The notes under the pieces were generated by a model that saw only the letters and a list, made by a program, of their open reading frames with translations, ran no database searches and had not been told where the DNA came from. Positions 44,441-54,800 of a stretch of DNA of 64,000 bases are shown here, in pieces. The position numbers and the translations under genes are program-made. Origin of the DNA: an uncultured Phycisphaerales bacterium (GTDB taxonomy: Bacteria; Planctomycetota; Phycisphaerae; Sedimentisphaerales; Anaerobacaceae). The stretch's first letter is position 1; every line of letters begins with the position of its first letter. The stretch lies in contig CAVYYI010000003.1 in the NCBI GenBank assembly GCA_963772725.1, positions 768,001 through 832,000 of the forward strand, read 5' to 3'.

Positions 44441-44485
44441 TGGGCAGGAGTGGAGTTGAACCACCGACACACGGATTTTCAGTCC
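44441..44485 (-). other. 3' half of tRNA-Phe(GAA), att-site remnant
   Basis: Minus strand GGACTGAAAATCCGTGTGTCGGTGGTTCAACTCCACTCCTGCCCA; D-arm and 5' acceptor strand absent. Confidence 0.85.
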
Positions 44486-44628
44486 CAAACTCTGGTTGTA
44501 AGTAGTTGTTAGTAAAATAGTTACAAGCGATTTTTAAGGTAAAAATGAGGGATACAAGTATAATACTCCCCAAAAATCGGACCAGTATATAAGGTGTAAG
44601 TTGTGGTATAATTCTATCGGATTATGGA

Positions 44629-44952
44629 TTGAGAAAGGAAGTACGAATTATGACACAACACAGACACTTTGGCAAAGATTTCAAGGCAAAAGTTGCAATT
44701 GAAGCCATCAAGGGCGAAAAGACCATCAACGAGATAGCCTCTATGTATGAGGTTCATCCCAACCAGGTCAGCCAGTGGAAGAAGCTGGCTCTTGAGAAGC
44801 TGCCCGAGGCAATGGCAGACGGCAGAGGTAAGGATGTTCGTCAGAGCCAGCCAGTAGATGAGGAAAAGCTTCATCAGAAGATAGGTCAGCAGGCTATCGA
44901 GATTGATTTTTTGAAAAAAAAGTTGCGTCAATTGGGACTGCTCAACGAGTAG
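44629..44952 (+). CDS. IS3 OrfA
   Basis: FKAKVAIEAIKGEKT, VHPNQVSQWK; a slippery A-run (A AAA AAG) near 44914-44922 leads by -1 shift into the orfB frame. Confidence 0.9.
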   Translation: MRKEVRIMTQHRHFGKDFKAKVAIEAIKGEKTINEIASMYEVHPNQVSQWKKLALEKLPEAMADGRGKDVRQSQPVDEEKLHQKIGQQAIEIDFLKKKLRQLGLLNE

Positions 44953-44954
44953 AA

Positions 44955-45884
44955 ATGATAGAACATAACAATAGACAAATCAGTATCCGCCGGCAGTGCT
45001 GTCTGCTTGATATCAATCGCAGCAGGCTGTATTACCATGCAGAGTCTATTGAGCAGGAAAATCGTAAAGTAATGGACTTTATTGACAGGGAGTTTACCGA
45101 GCATCCTTTTACAGGTATCGACAGGATGGCAGAGTTTTTATACAGGAAGCACAAGCTTATTGTCAATCACAAGCGGGTTCGCAGGCTTATGCGTAAAATG
45201 GGTTTAATGGCCTTATATCCCAGGCCCCGCACAAGCTGTCCTGCTGCTGTTTATATCAAATATCCCTGCCTTTTGAATACTATGGCGATAGATGTTACCG
45301 ATGCTGTCTGGTGTTCGGATATTACGTACATTCGGCTCAAAGGCGGCTTTATGTACCTTGTGGCGATAATGGATTACTACAGCAGATATGTATTAAGCTG
45401 GTCTGTATCGAACAGTCTGGAGTCTCTGTTTTGTATAGATGCACTGGATGAGGCGTTGTCAAAATCCCGGCCGCTGATATTTCATTCGGATCAGGGCAAA
45501 CAATACACCAGCACAAAGTTTTTGGATACGTTGAGGGCTGGCGATATTCGAATCAGTATGAGCGGTAAGGGTCGTTGTTTCGATAACATACTGGCGGAGC
45601 GATTATGGCGGACGGTCAAATATGAGGAGGTCTATTTGAAGGAATACAGCGATGGGCATGATTTGATAAAATCGCTGAGGCGGTATTTTGATTATTACAA
45701 CAATGACAGGCCGCACAGCAGCTTGGATTATAAGACACCTGCGGAAGTATATTTTAAGGAGCTGACCGCCGATTCGCTTCGCTGTGCTTGCTTTGGAGCT
45801 GCGCTACGCGAATCGGCTGGCACAGAGAAAATCGGCACAACTTACACCAAATACAAGGACAAAATTGGTCTTGACAATGGGTAG
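44955..45884 (+). CDS. IS3 OrfB DDE transposase
   Basis: WCSDITYI, HSDQGKQY and DNILAERLWRTVKYE. Confidence 0.92.
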   Translation: MIEHNNRQISIRRQCCLLDINRSRLYYHAESIEQENRKVMDFIDREFTEHPFTGIDRMAEFLYRKHKLIVNHKRVRRLMRKMGLMALYPRPRTSCPAAVYIKYPCLLNTMAIDVTDAVWCSDITYIRLKGGFMYLVAIMDYYSRYVLSWSVSNSLESLFCIDALDEALSKSRPLIFHSDQGKQYTSTKFLDTLRAGDIRISMSGKGRCFDNILAERLWRTVKYEEVYLKEYSDGHDLIKSLRRYFDYYNNDRPHSSLDYKTPAEVYFKELTADSLRCACFGAALRESAGTEKIGTTYTKYKDKIGLDNG

Positions 45885-45903
45885 GGGTTCAAAGGATAAT
45901 AAA

Positions 45904-46452
45904 TTGGCCACACAAAAAGAAAAAAAATTACTTCATATCAGTACTTTTTTAACACTTACTTTGATTTTTTTTGCTGTTATTGGATTAACGTGGATAATTG
46001 ACACCAGAAACGCGGATAGATTTTTAAGATTCTATCAAAACAACTCTGGATTATTTTTATCTTTTATTTTAATGGCAATGCTTGTTATAAGTGTATCATC
46101 CCATTTTTTGGTCTTATTGATTTTAAAGATGTTTAACAGCAAACAGCCTGATGGTACGGTTGTTAATCTGAAAAACGATAAAATTGCAATTTGGTCTTTT
46201 AATATCAGTGTGATTTCCTTGGTTTTTTATATTTTTCCGATGTGTGCCTTAATACCACCGATTTTACCAATTATAAGTATGATGTTAGGGATAACCTCTC
46301 TTTCCTTGCAAAAAATTAAAAAATTCCAATATGCGAGATGGATTCCCGCACTTTTTGGAATAAAGCTAAGCCTTATATCAATTTCGCTCTGGATCATTAA
46401 CTGGGCATTTGTAGACGTAGGTCTTTTTAATCCGTTTCCCACACCTGACTGA
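45904..46452 (+). CDS. Hypothetical membrane protein
   Basis: AT-rich hydrophobic ORF; TTG start just outside the IS3 end (start uncertain). Confidence 0.55.
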   Translation: MATQKEKKLLHISTFLTLTLIFFAVIGLTWIIDTRNADRFLRFYQNNSGLFLSFILMAMLVISVSSHFLVLLILKMFNSKQPDGTVVNLKNDKIAIWSFNISVISLVFYIFPMCALIPPILPIISMMLGITSLSLQKIKKFQYARWIPALFGIKLSLISISLWIINWAFVDVGLFNPFPTPD

Positions 46453-46697
46453 TTTGTATAACCCGCACAGCCAAAAGCATCGGTGTGGCCAGTGTGGCTG
46501 GTGATTTGCTATTAATTATAAAATTTATTCATTCTTTGCTCCGCGCTAAGTATAATAATTAATTAGATTTCTCTGGGTACACTGGGTACAAAGATTCTGT
46601 TTGTGATGAACTTTCCGTGTCTGCCTGACGCAGTCCGACATAAACCCATTCTCGTTTTTCTCTGCCACCGGCAGAAACGCCCTTGCAGGTTGCGGCA

Positions 46698-47548
46698 TTA
46701 TTGCTTTTTCAGCATATCGCTGAGGCGTTCGAGTTCCCCTTTTTTCATGTGGTAGCTGTGGTTGGAGTCTGGAAATGCTCCGGCGATGACATCTTTGGAG
46801 TAATTTGTGAAGGCCTTGATTGTGCTGTCGGCTAAAGAGCCATAGCTTTTTACGAATTTGGGGGCTGTTCCCTGTGTTAGTCCGAGAATATCGGGGGCAA
46901 CTAATATCTGCCCGTCGCAATTACCCCCTGAGCCGCAGCCGATTACAGGTATGTTAAAGCGTTTTGTGATTATTTCAGAAACCTCGGCGGCGGTTCCCTC
47001 GAGTAAAAGGGCACTTGCGCCGGCCTCGACCATCTGGTCAGCGAGATTAATAAGCTCTAAGGCCATCTCTGCGGTTGTAGCCTCAGCCTTGAAATGGCCG
47101 ATTTTGTTGATACTTTGCGGTCTTATACCGATATGTGCCATAACAGCCATACCCGCGTCGCTAACCGCTTTAATTACATCGAGATATGGCCTGCTGGCCT
47201 CGATTTTTACCATTTGCACGCCCGATTCGGTAAAGAAACGCCCCGCGTTTTTGACTGCCTCGCTTATACCAAGCTGGTAAGACAGGAAGGGCATATCAGC
47301 GACAAGGCAAAGGTTTGGCGCTCCACGTCTCACAGCGGCGGTTATCGTAACCATAAAATCCATAGTCGCGGGCAGTGTCGAATCAAAGCCCAGCATTATC
47401 TGGGCGGCAGAATCGCCCACAAGTACGACCTGAATATCCGTCTGTGAAACCAGTTTAGCGGTGGTGAAATCGTAACAGCTAACCGCCGCTATTTTGCGAT
47501 TTTGTGCTTGGCGTCAGCTAAATCAGCTATTGTAATCTGTGTTTTCAT
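46698..47548 (-). CDS. panB: 3-methyl-2-oxobutanoate hydroxymethyltransferase (frameshift near 47505)
   Basis: SCYDF, LVGDS, ADMPFLSY, VKIE, AHIG and CDGQIL. Confidence 0.92.
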
Positions 47549-47852
47549 AATATTGGGCTCTTACTGACGAAAAAAATAACAGCCTTTTAGTTAAAATCAA
47601 AAGAACAAACCTTATGTTACAAACGTAAAGTATCTCGGTTTTTGAGCCTAAAAGCGGGCTATTTGTTAAAAATAACAAAAAAAACAGCTTATTGCCATTA
47701 AAAAGTTGACTTTAGTGCGAAAAAAAACGTATATATGAAAGGTTATTTTGTAAAGAAAACTTGGCGCCTATGTACGATAATAAATCTTGTGAGGATGCTG
47801 AAAGGCGGAGAATACAAAAATGTCTCTTAAAGCTTTTCATCACCCTCCTCCG

Positions 47853-47888
47853 AAGCCAGATTCTTCTTTTGGAATCTGGCTTTTTTAT
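47853..47888 (+). terminator. Orphan intrinsic terminator, the end of a candidate sRNA or leader
   Basis: AAGCCAGATTC-loop-GAATCTGGCTTTTTT, preceded by CCCTCCTCC. Confidence 0.7.
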
Positions 47889-47980
47889 TTGGCCTTTTGT
47901 AAAAGTAATTGGGCAATTTTGCCTATCTTCACAAAAACCTGATAATTGACAGCTTTCAGAAAAAAAGTTAAGTTATTCTT

Positions 47981-48793
47981 ATGACTGGCGTTTTCCAAAT
48001 CCTGTTTTGTTTTTTGGGGGTTATACTGTTTTCCGGCTGTGTCCATCCAGAGCAGGATGACACAAAAGCATTGGAAGGCGTCAAAATAGGCGACTTGGCG
48101 CCGCCTGCCGGCAGTATAGATAAGCCGCAGTTCGAACGGCTCAAAACAATTGATTTCGATATTTATGTTGTTGAAATACCTGTCAAAAAAATCGCTGATT
48201 TCAATAGTATTTGTCAGAAGCTTTCTATGGAGGCGATTAGGTTTACAAATTATGACATTTTCAAATCGAACTGCTTTGCCGCGGGTTTTGGAGCCCCTAT
48301 GCAATGGGACCCAACAACAAATAAGCTCCGCAACGCGGGGTGCAAAATCGGAGAAACTATCTCACTGCTTTTGTCTAACGGCCAGGCAAGCGATGTGGCC
48401 ATCACAGATTTAAGGGCAAAGCAGGACATTTTTTATGTTTCAGGCAGCGGCGGTATTGAGGGTGTTACTCTTGGTCCGGGCAATCTCGCAATTCGAATAA
48501 GAGCGGTCAAAGCTTACAATTCGAGCCGCGTATGCAGCGTCGATATTCAGCCCGTTTTTGCCACTTCCGCGAGCAATCCTCTGTTAGACACAATATATCG
48601 GCGAAAAAACCATGGATTTGTCTTTGTCCCTCTGGGCATTAAATCAAAAATGAGAACAGGTGATTTTATTCTCATCGGGCCTGAACAATATACCGCAGAC
48701 CAGACAACATTAGGGGGATTATTTTTCTATAAAGCCGCTAAAACTCCGATGTTAAAAGCATATCTAATCGTTTGTAAACATATTACTGATTAA
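47981..48793 (+). CDS. Putative lipoprotein
   Basis: Lipobox LFSGC. Confidence 0.7.
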   Translation: MTGVFQILFCFLGVILFSGCVHPEQDDTKALEGVKIGDLAPPAGSIDKPQFERLKTIDFDIYVVEIPVKKIADFNSICQKLSMEAIRFTNYDIFKSNCFAAGFGAPMQWDPTTNKLRNAGCKIGETISLLLSNGQASDVAITDLRAKQDIFYVSGSGGIEGVTLGPGNLAIRIRAVKAYNSSRVCSVDIQPVFATSASNPLLDTIYRRKNHGFVFVPLGIKSKMRTGDFILIGPEQYTADQTTLGGLFFYKAAKTPMLKAYLIVCKHITD

Positions 48794-48800
48794 TTAACGC

Positions 48801-49769
48801 ATGCCTAATCCCACAGTAACATTAACAAGATGCAGCAGCTACCGCGGGAAAGCAATTTCCACCGCGATTCAAAAACAGTTTGAGCTTCTCGGCGGTATGG
48901 AAAAATTTATATCCAGAGGCGATAGTGTTCTTCTTAAACCAAATTTAATTGCGCCCAAACCCCGCGATTGCGCCGCGCAAACCGACCCCGTCGTAATTAT
49001 CGAAACCGCTAAATTACTCTTCGATTTCGGCGCAAAGCCTTTCGTGGGAGATTCGCCCGCGTGGGGCAGCGTCTTTAGCTGCGCAAAAGCGCTTGAGCTG
49101 GATGAGCATTTGAAAAAAATAGGTGTGCCGCTAAAGCAGTTGAATAAACCGATAAAATGCCGGGTAGGGACACGCGGTACTCTGGTTGGGATAAGCTCTG
49201 TAGCGCTCGACGCGGACGTCATCATAAATCTGCCGAAATTCAAATCGCATCAGCAGTTGACAGCTACTTTCGCGGTTAAAAATATGTTCGGCTGTGTCAG
49301 CGGAAAGCAAAAAGCCATCTGGCATTTTAAAAAAGGCAGAAAACCCAGTGATTTTTGCAAACTGCTGATTGGGATTTACGAATATCTCGGCCCGGCGTTA
49401 ACCATAATTGACGCCGTTACGGTAATGGACGGCCCAGGGCCTATAAGCGGCAGGGCAAGACCCCTGGGCTGGTTAATCGGAGGCACAGACCCCGTAGCGT
49501 GTGAAACGATATGCTGCAGACTCATAAATATAAATCCTGACGACCTGCCAATTATCAAAACCGCCAAAAAAATGGGGATGGACCGAACCGATTTTCAGAA
49601 AATAACGATTTTAGGAAGCCGTTTTCCTAAAAAAATATGTACTGACTTTGAACCGGCGGTACTTATCCCATTAAGGTTTTCATTTTTGCGAATCTGCAAA
49701 AGTATCTATAAGCAAATCGTAATGCTCACCAAATCAGCTATCAGTAAACGAATTACCAAACAGATTTGA
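48801..49769 (+). CDS. DUF362-domain protein
   Basis: VLLKPNL, GDSP, INLPKFKSH, AVKNMFGC and MDGPGP. Confidence 0.85.
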   Translation: MPNPTVTLTRCSSYRGKAISTAIQKQFELLGGMEKFISRGDSVLLKPNLIAPKPRDCAAQTDPVVIIETAKLLFDFGAKPFVGDSPAWGSVFSCAKALELDEHLKKIGVPLKQLNKPIKCRVGTRGTLVGISSVALDADVIINLPKFKSHQQLTATFAVKNMFGCVSGKQKAIWHFKKGRKPSDFCKLLIGIYEYLGPALTIIDAVTVMDGPGPISGRARPLGWLIGGTDPVACETICCRLININPDDLPIIKTAKKMGMDRTDFQKITILGSRFPKKICTDFEPAVLIPLRFSFLRICKSIYKQIVMLTKSAISKRITKQI

Positions 49770-49884
49770 TGCCCTCAGACAAAAACCTTGCAACTGGAAG
49801 CCTTTTGCATTACAGTTGTCGCGGGTGATGGGCAGGCTGAAAATAGTGTACCGCCATTTTGGGAGGTTTTGCGAAAGGGTTTTT

Positions 49885-51022
49885 ATGTTCGGGAAAAAAA
49901 TTTATCTGTTCAAGATACTCGGCTTCAGCGTCAGCATTGATGTAAGCTGGTTCATAATAGCGATATTTATTACATGGTCGCTGGCAAAAGAGGTGTTTCC
50001 CGTATATTTTAAAGACTTGCCAACGCAAATGTACTGGTGGATGGGGGCTATTGGTGCCATTGGTCTGTTTGCTTCAATTATCTTTCACGAGCTTTGTCAT
50101 TCCATAGTGGCCAGGCTGTTCGGCCTGCCGATGCGGGGAATAACGCTGTTTATTTTCGGGGGCGTCGCTGAAATGAGCGATGAGCCGCCGGGGCCTTTAG
50201 CGGAATTTCTGATGGCAATAGCAGGCCCGATATCAAGTGTTGTGCTAAGTGCGTTTCTGTACGTCGTTTATATATTGGGGGGAATTGCGCAATGGCCGAT
50301 TTTTGTAAGAGGGGTTATTGTTTATTTAGCCGGCTTGAACTTAGTCCTGGCGATTTTCAATATGGTTCCCGCCTTCCCGCTCGATGGCGGGCGCGTGCTG
50401 CGTTCGATTCTCTGGGGAATAAAGAAAGATCTTCAGTGGGCGACGAAGGTTTCCAGTATGTTCGGCCGGTGGTTCGGTATGTTTTTGATGGCGGTTGGAT
50501 TTATAGAGTTTCTCAATAAAGACTTTTTCGGCGGTGTTTGGATGTTCTTAATCGGAACATTTGTAAAAAGAGCATCGGAAATGTCATATCAGCAGGTTTT
50601 GATACGCAACAGTTTTCAGGGGGAACCTGTCAGTCATTTCATGATAACTAATCCCGTAACTGTCGAGTCGTTTACACCTATTGATGAACTGGTTCGAGCG
50701 GTATTTCTATAAGTATCATTTCAGGATGTTCCCAGTTGTAAATGGAAACTTGCTTGCCGGCTGCGTTACCCCGAAACAGGTTTCCTCGGTGCCAAAGGAA
50801 CAATGGCATCAGCATACTGCCGGCGAAATTACAGTTCCCTGTTCGACCGAAAATACTATCACGCCCGAGACGGATGCCGTCAAGGCGCTTTCACTAATGA
50901 ACACGACAGGCAACAGTCGTCTGATGGTTATTGAGAACGGCAGGCTCGTGGGTATTGTTACGCTAAAAGACATGCTGAAATTTCTTTCGCTTAAGGTCAA
51001 TTTTGGTGGTATCCATAATTAG
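49885..51022 (+). CDS. Site-2 protease (M50) with CBS domains (frameshift near 50695)
   Basis: HELCH, FNMVPAFPLDGGR and a C-terminal CBS pair. Confidence 0.88.
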
Positions 51023-51116
51023 TCGGGCCGCTGTTTTAGGTTCTCGCGTAAAGCGTACCAAATTTTCTTGCAATATTTACCGTAAAATAATAAGATACCT
51101 TAGAGAAAGCAATCTG

Positions 51117-51191
51117 GGGCGGTTAGCTCAGATGGTTTAGAGCGCCTGCTCGACACGCAGGAGGTCGTAGGTTCGAGTCCTATACCGCCCA
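51117..51191 (+). tRNA. tRNA-Val(GAC)
   Basis: Acceptor stem GGGCGGT/ACCGCCC, anticodon arm CCTGC-TCGACAC-GCAGG, GGTTCGAGTCC; CCA not encoded. Confidence 0.95.
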
Positions 51192-51199
51192 TTATTTGT

Positions 51200-51236
51200 A
51201 AGCCCTTGCAATTCAATGAGTTGCAAGGGCTTTTTT
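51200..51236 (+). terminator. Terminator after tRNA-Val
   Basis: AAGCCCTTGCAATTC-AAT-GAGTTGCAAGGGCTTTTT. Confidence 0.75.
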
Positions 51237-51355
51237 AGTTTAGGAAGAAGGGTGTTTTCCTTCCAAAATGCCCTTGAGCGTAAATCTTTAGTGTGTTCCC
51301 AGTGTGTCGCCAGTGTGTAGTCTGATTATATGCCAAAATAACCCACTTAAGTCCA

Positions 51356-51414
51356 TAATTGACAAGAACTTATAATTGGAGTTCCTTTTCGACACGCAGG
51401 AGGTCGTAGGTTCG
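51356..51414 (+). repeat. att-like repeat copy 1, containing 26 bp of tRNA-Val
   Basis: TCGACACGCAGGAGGTCGTAGGTTCG is identical to 51150-51175; the upstream 33 bp are largely shared with 61439-61471. Confidence 0.85.
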
Positions 51415-51629
51415 GGCTGACCTGGTTGGGATGAACCTCATACATAGAGGCTATCTCGTTGAGGGTCTTCTCACCCTTGATGGCTTCAATTGCAACTTTT
51501 GCCTTGAAATCTTTGCCAAAGTGTCTGTGTTGTGTCATAATTCGTACTTCCTTTCTCAATCCATAATCCGATAGAATTATACCACAACTTACACCTTATA
51601 TACTGGTCCGATTTTGGGGGAGTATTATA
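51415..51629 (-). mobile_element. Truncated IS3 copy (left end plus part of orfA)
   Basis: Near-identical, inverted copy of 44559-44773. Confidence 0.9.
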
Positions 51630-51899
51630 ACACATCCATTCTTTCCCCAGAAGCCTGACATTATAGCAATTAAAGAAAATATGTAACCTTACACAGTCCG
51701 GTTGTTAAGAAGTAGAGCAACTTTGCTAGATTCGTAGCCACTACTTATCCGCAAAAATTAGGATAAGTGGTACGGCTATACTTTTTCTTGCATTGCTATA
51801 AAGCAAAGTCTATGAAATCTATGTTTTGATCTTTGTCCAGATTGCCTCCATCGCATTTAGGTGTAGCTATACCCTCTCATCGCTGCTAATCATGCGATT

Positions 51900-54800
51900 T
51901 CAAATGGGCATACCCACTTCTACGACAGCATAATGTTCTATGCGATCATCCATAAGATGGATTTTCTTATCTTGCTGTTCAATATTATCAAGCAGCACGC
52001 GTTGCACTTTCCATGTATCTGGGCCTGTCTTTATAATTCGAATATGGAAGAAAGTGTTGCGGTAGCAGTAATGTAAAGTATATTCGTTCCACTGTTCTGG
52101 CAGAAGCGGCGAAAAAGACAGCGTATCCACCTCCACCCGAAGTCCTAACAGATGCTCGATCAAGAGCTGATACATCCACCCGGCAGAGCCGGTATACCAT
52201 GTCCATCCACCCCTGCCCTCGTGCCCGACAGCCGAATACACATCTGCCGCCATAACGTAAGGCTCGACTTTGTATACTGATGCAGTTTCCGGAGAATCGG
52301 CACGGTGAATAGGATTCAGCATCGAAAATAATCTCCATGCTTGCTCAGCATTGTGGGTACGGGCAACAGCGATAGCAGCCCAAATCGCGGCGTGAGTGTA
52401 CTGCCCGCCGTTTTCTCGCAGACCTGGAACATAGCCACAAATGTAACCGGGATCCATTGCCGTCCCATCAAATGGCGGATACAACAAACGTATCGTACGG
52501 GTTTTGGGGTCGATGAGGCTATTCAGCGCGGCCTGCAGTGCCTGATTGGCCTTTTGCTGATCGACCGCACCACTCAGTATCGCCCAGGCTTGCGGCAACA
52601 AGTCAATGCGGCATTGGTTGTTTTGTGCTGAACCTAAGGGACTTCCATCATCAAAAAACGCCCGCAAATACCATTTACCATCCCATGCGTTGGTCTCAAT
52701 CTTGTCCCGCAGACTTTTTGCGTGCGCAAGACATTTCTCGGCATACTCATTATTACCTCGCTGTCGGGCCAGAGCTTCGAATGATCGGAGAATGTCGTAT
52801 AAGAAAAATGCCAGCCAGACGCTCTCACCGGAACCCTTGTGGCCAACCCGGTTCATCCCGTCGTTCCAGTCTCCCGACCCCATTAGGGGCAGTCCATGAG
52901 AGCCATACCGCATAGCGTGATTCAGTGCGCGAACGCAGTGGTCATAAACGGAAGCCGACTTTTCTGAAACTTGCGGCATACCATAATGGCTTTCCTCCGC
53001 CGGATCCAGGGGAGTTGCATCGAGAAACGGAATCTGCTCATCCAATACACCGGTGTCACCCGTCACAGCAACATAGCGACATGCAACATAGGCCAGCCAG
53101 AGGTAGTCGTCCGAGATGCGCGTGCGCACGCCTCGCCCTGAAGGAGGATGCCACCAGTGCTGGACATCTCCCTCGCGGAACTGTCGGCTGGAGCATGTCA
53201 GCAGATGCTGGCGTGTAAGCCAGGGACACTCGTATAAAAAGGCCAGAGAATCCTGCAGTTGGTCGCGAAAACCAAATGCCCCTCCGGATTGATAATATCC
53301 GCTGCGTCCCCAAAAACGGCAGGCCAGTGTCTGGTACAACAGCCAGTGATTGACCAGCAGGTTCACCGAGGCATCGGGCGTTTCCACATGAATCCCGCCC
53401 AGGTTGTGTTTCCACATATCCCAAACATCTTCCAGAACACATCTGGCACCATTGACACCACTGTTCTGTGCCAAAAAAGTACGTGCCTGTTGTTCACTAT
53501 CCGCTGCACCGAGCACAAATACAACCTGGATTTGCTCGCCTGGCGGAATTTCCACATACGCCTGAATGGCCCCACACGGATCGCCGCCTGTGCCTACGTG
53601 ATTGGATAGACTCACTTCCCGCATTGCCGCGGGTGAATCCAGGGAACCGTTACGTCCCAGAAACTCAGTCCGAGAAGTCGTTAATGTCCGTTGAGGATGG
53701 CTGCAGTTGAAAAAAGCCACAGATTTATTAAAGTCTGCTTTGAAAGTATTCCAGGCAAATATCGCACCGGTTTGTGAATCCAGCCGATTTACGACATACA
53801 TTGAGTGCCGTGCGCGGCTTTCGCCCAAGACCCATTCGACATAACCGGTCAGACTCAGCTTGCGGGTTCGGTTCGAAAGATTCCGAAGTGTTATGGTTGT
53901 AAACTTAAGGGGTGCCGATGGCGATACATAAGTAAAGACTTCAGAGAAGATACGCTCTTCTTTGTGTTCAAAAGCAGAATATCCTAATCCATGGCGTGAA
54001 ACATAGGATGTTCGACCTCGAGTCGGCCATGGTGTTGGCGACCAGAATCTGCCTGTTTCCTCATCACGGATATAGAAGGCCTCGCCGCTTATGTCACCAA
54101 CAGCATCGTTATACCATGACGTTAGCCGAAATTCATGCGCGTTCTGATACCAGGTATATGCCCCTCCTGATTCGCTGATGACAGATCCAAAACCCGGGTT
54201 TGCCAGAACATTGGCCCATGGCGCCGGCGTGACTGACCCCGGCGCAGAATAATTACATATTCCCTGCCGTCATGAGTAAATCCACCCCAGCCGTTAAAGA
54301 ACAGAAGTTCACGATGGGGTGTATCAGCGACATCATCGCTGGATAAATTTTCTTCCGGCTTGCGCGTTGGCTTTAGTAAAGGCATGTTAAATTTGGGTAT
54401 TGCGTGCCTTTCCAGATGTTCAGCCAAAGTGCCAACGCGGTCGCTCAGTACTATTCGACTTATTGCGCGAATCAACATACGATCCTCTTCTGGAACCTGT
54501 TCGATGTTCCGCACAAATATTCCAGCAGGCTGATTGAGAGATTTGGCCTCGAGACTGGCGTTTATCAGACCGACAATCGCATCCATAAGATTTTGGCGGT
54601 ATCCCATGTACGCTTCACACAGGATGACCAGATCAACTCGAACTCCCTTATTGCGCCAATATGAGTGCGCTTTAAGCACCTGTCGAACGAGGTCTATCCC
54701 CGCAAGGTCAGACACTCGAAGAGTTACTATGGGCAAATCACCGGATATACCGTATGCCCAAAGATCTGATTGACCTTTGCGATTGCGTGCAATCAGGCTG

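Larger units (their letters stand above)
44559..45891 (+). mobile_element. IS3-family element, complete
   Basis: Imperfect 26-bp TIRs ending in GACCA; AAG direct repeat on both sides; orfA/orfB arrangement. Confidence 0.85.

Noticed and set aside
44559..51629. Inversion between the inverted IS3 copies
   Set aside because: The full copy keeps matching AAG flanks, so there is no evidence that recombination has occurred.
51734..51790. Bulged hairpin as an integron attC site
   Set aside because: It lacks RYYYAAC/GTTRRRY ends, is a single copy and has no intI; more likely a terminator-like stem.
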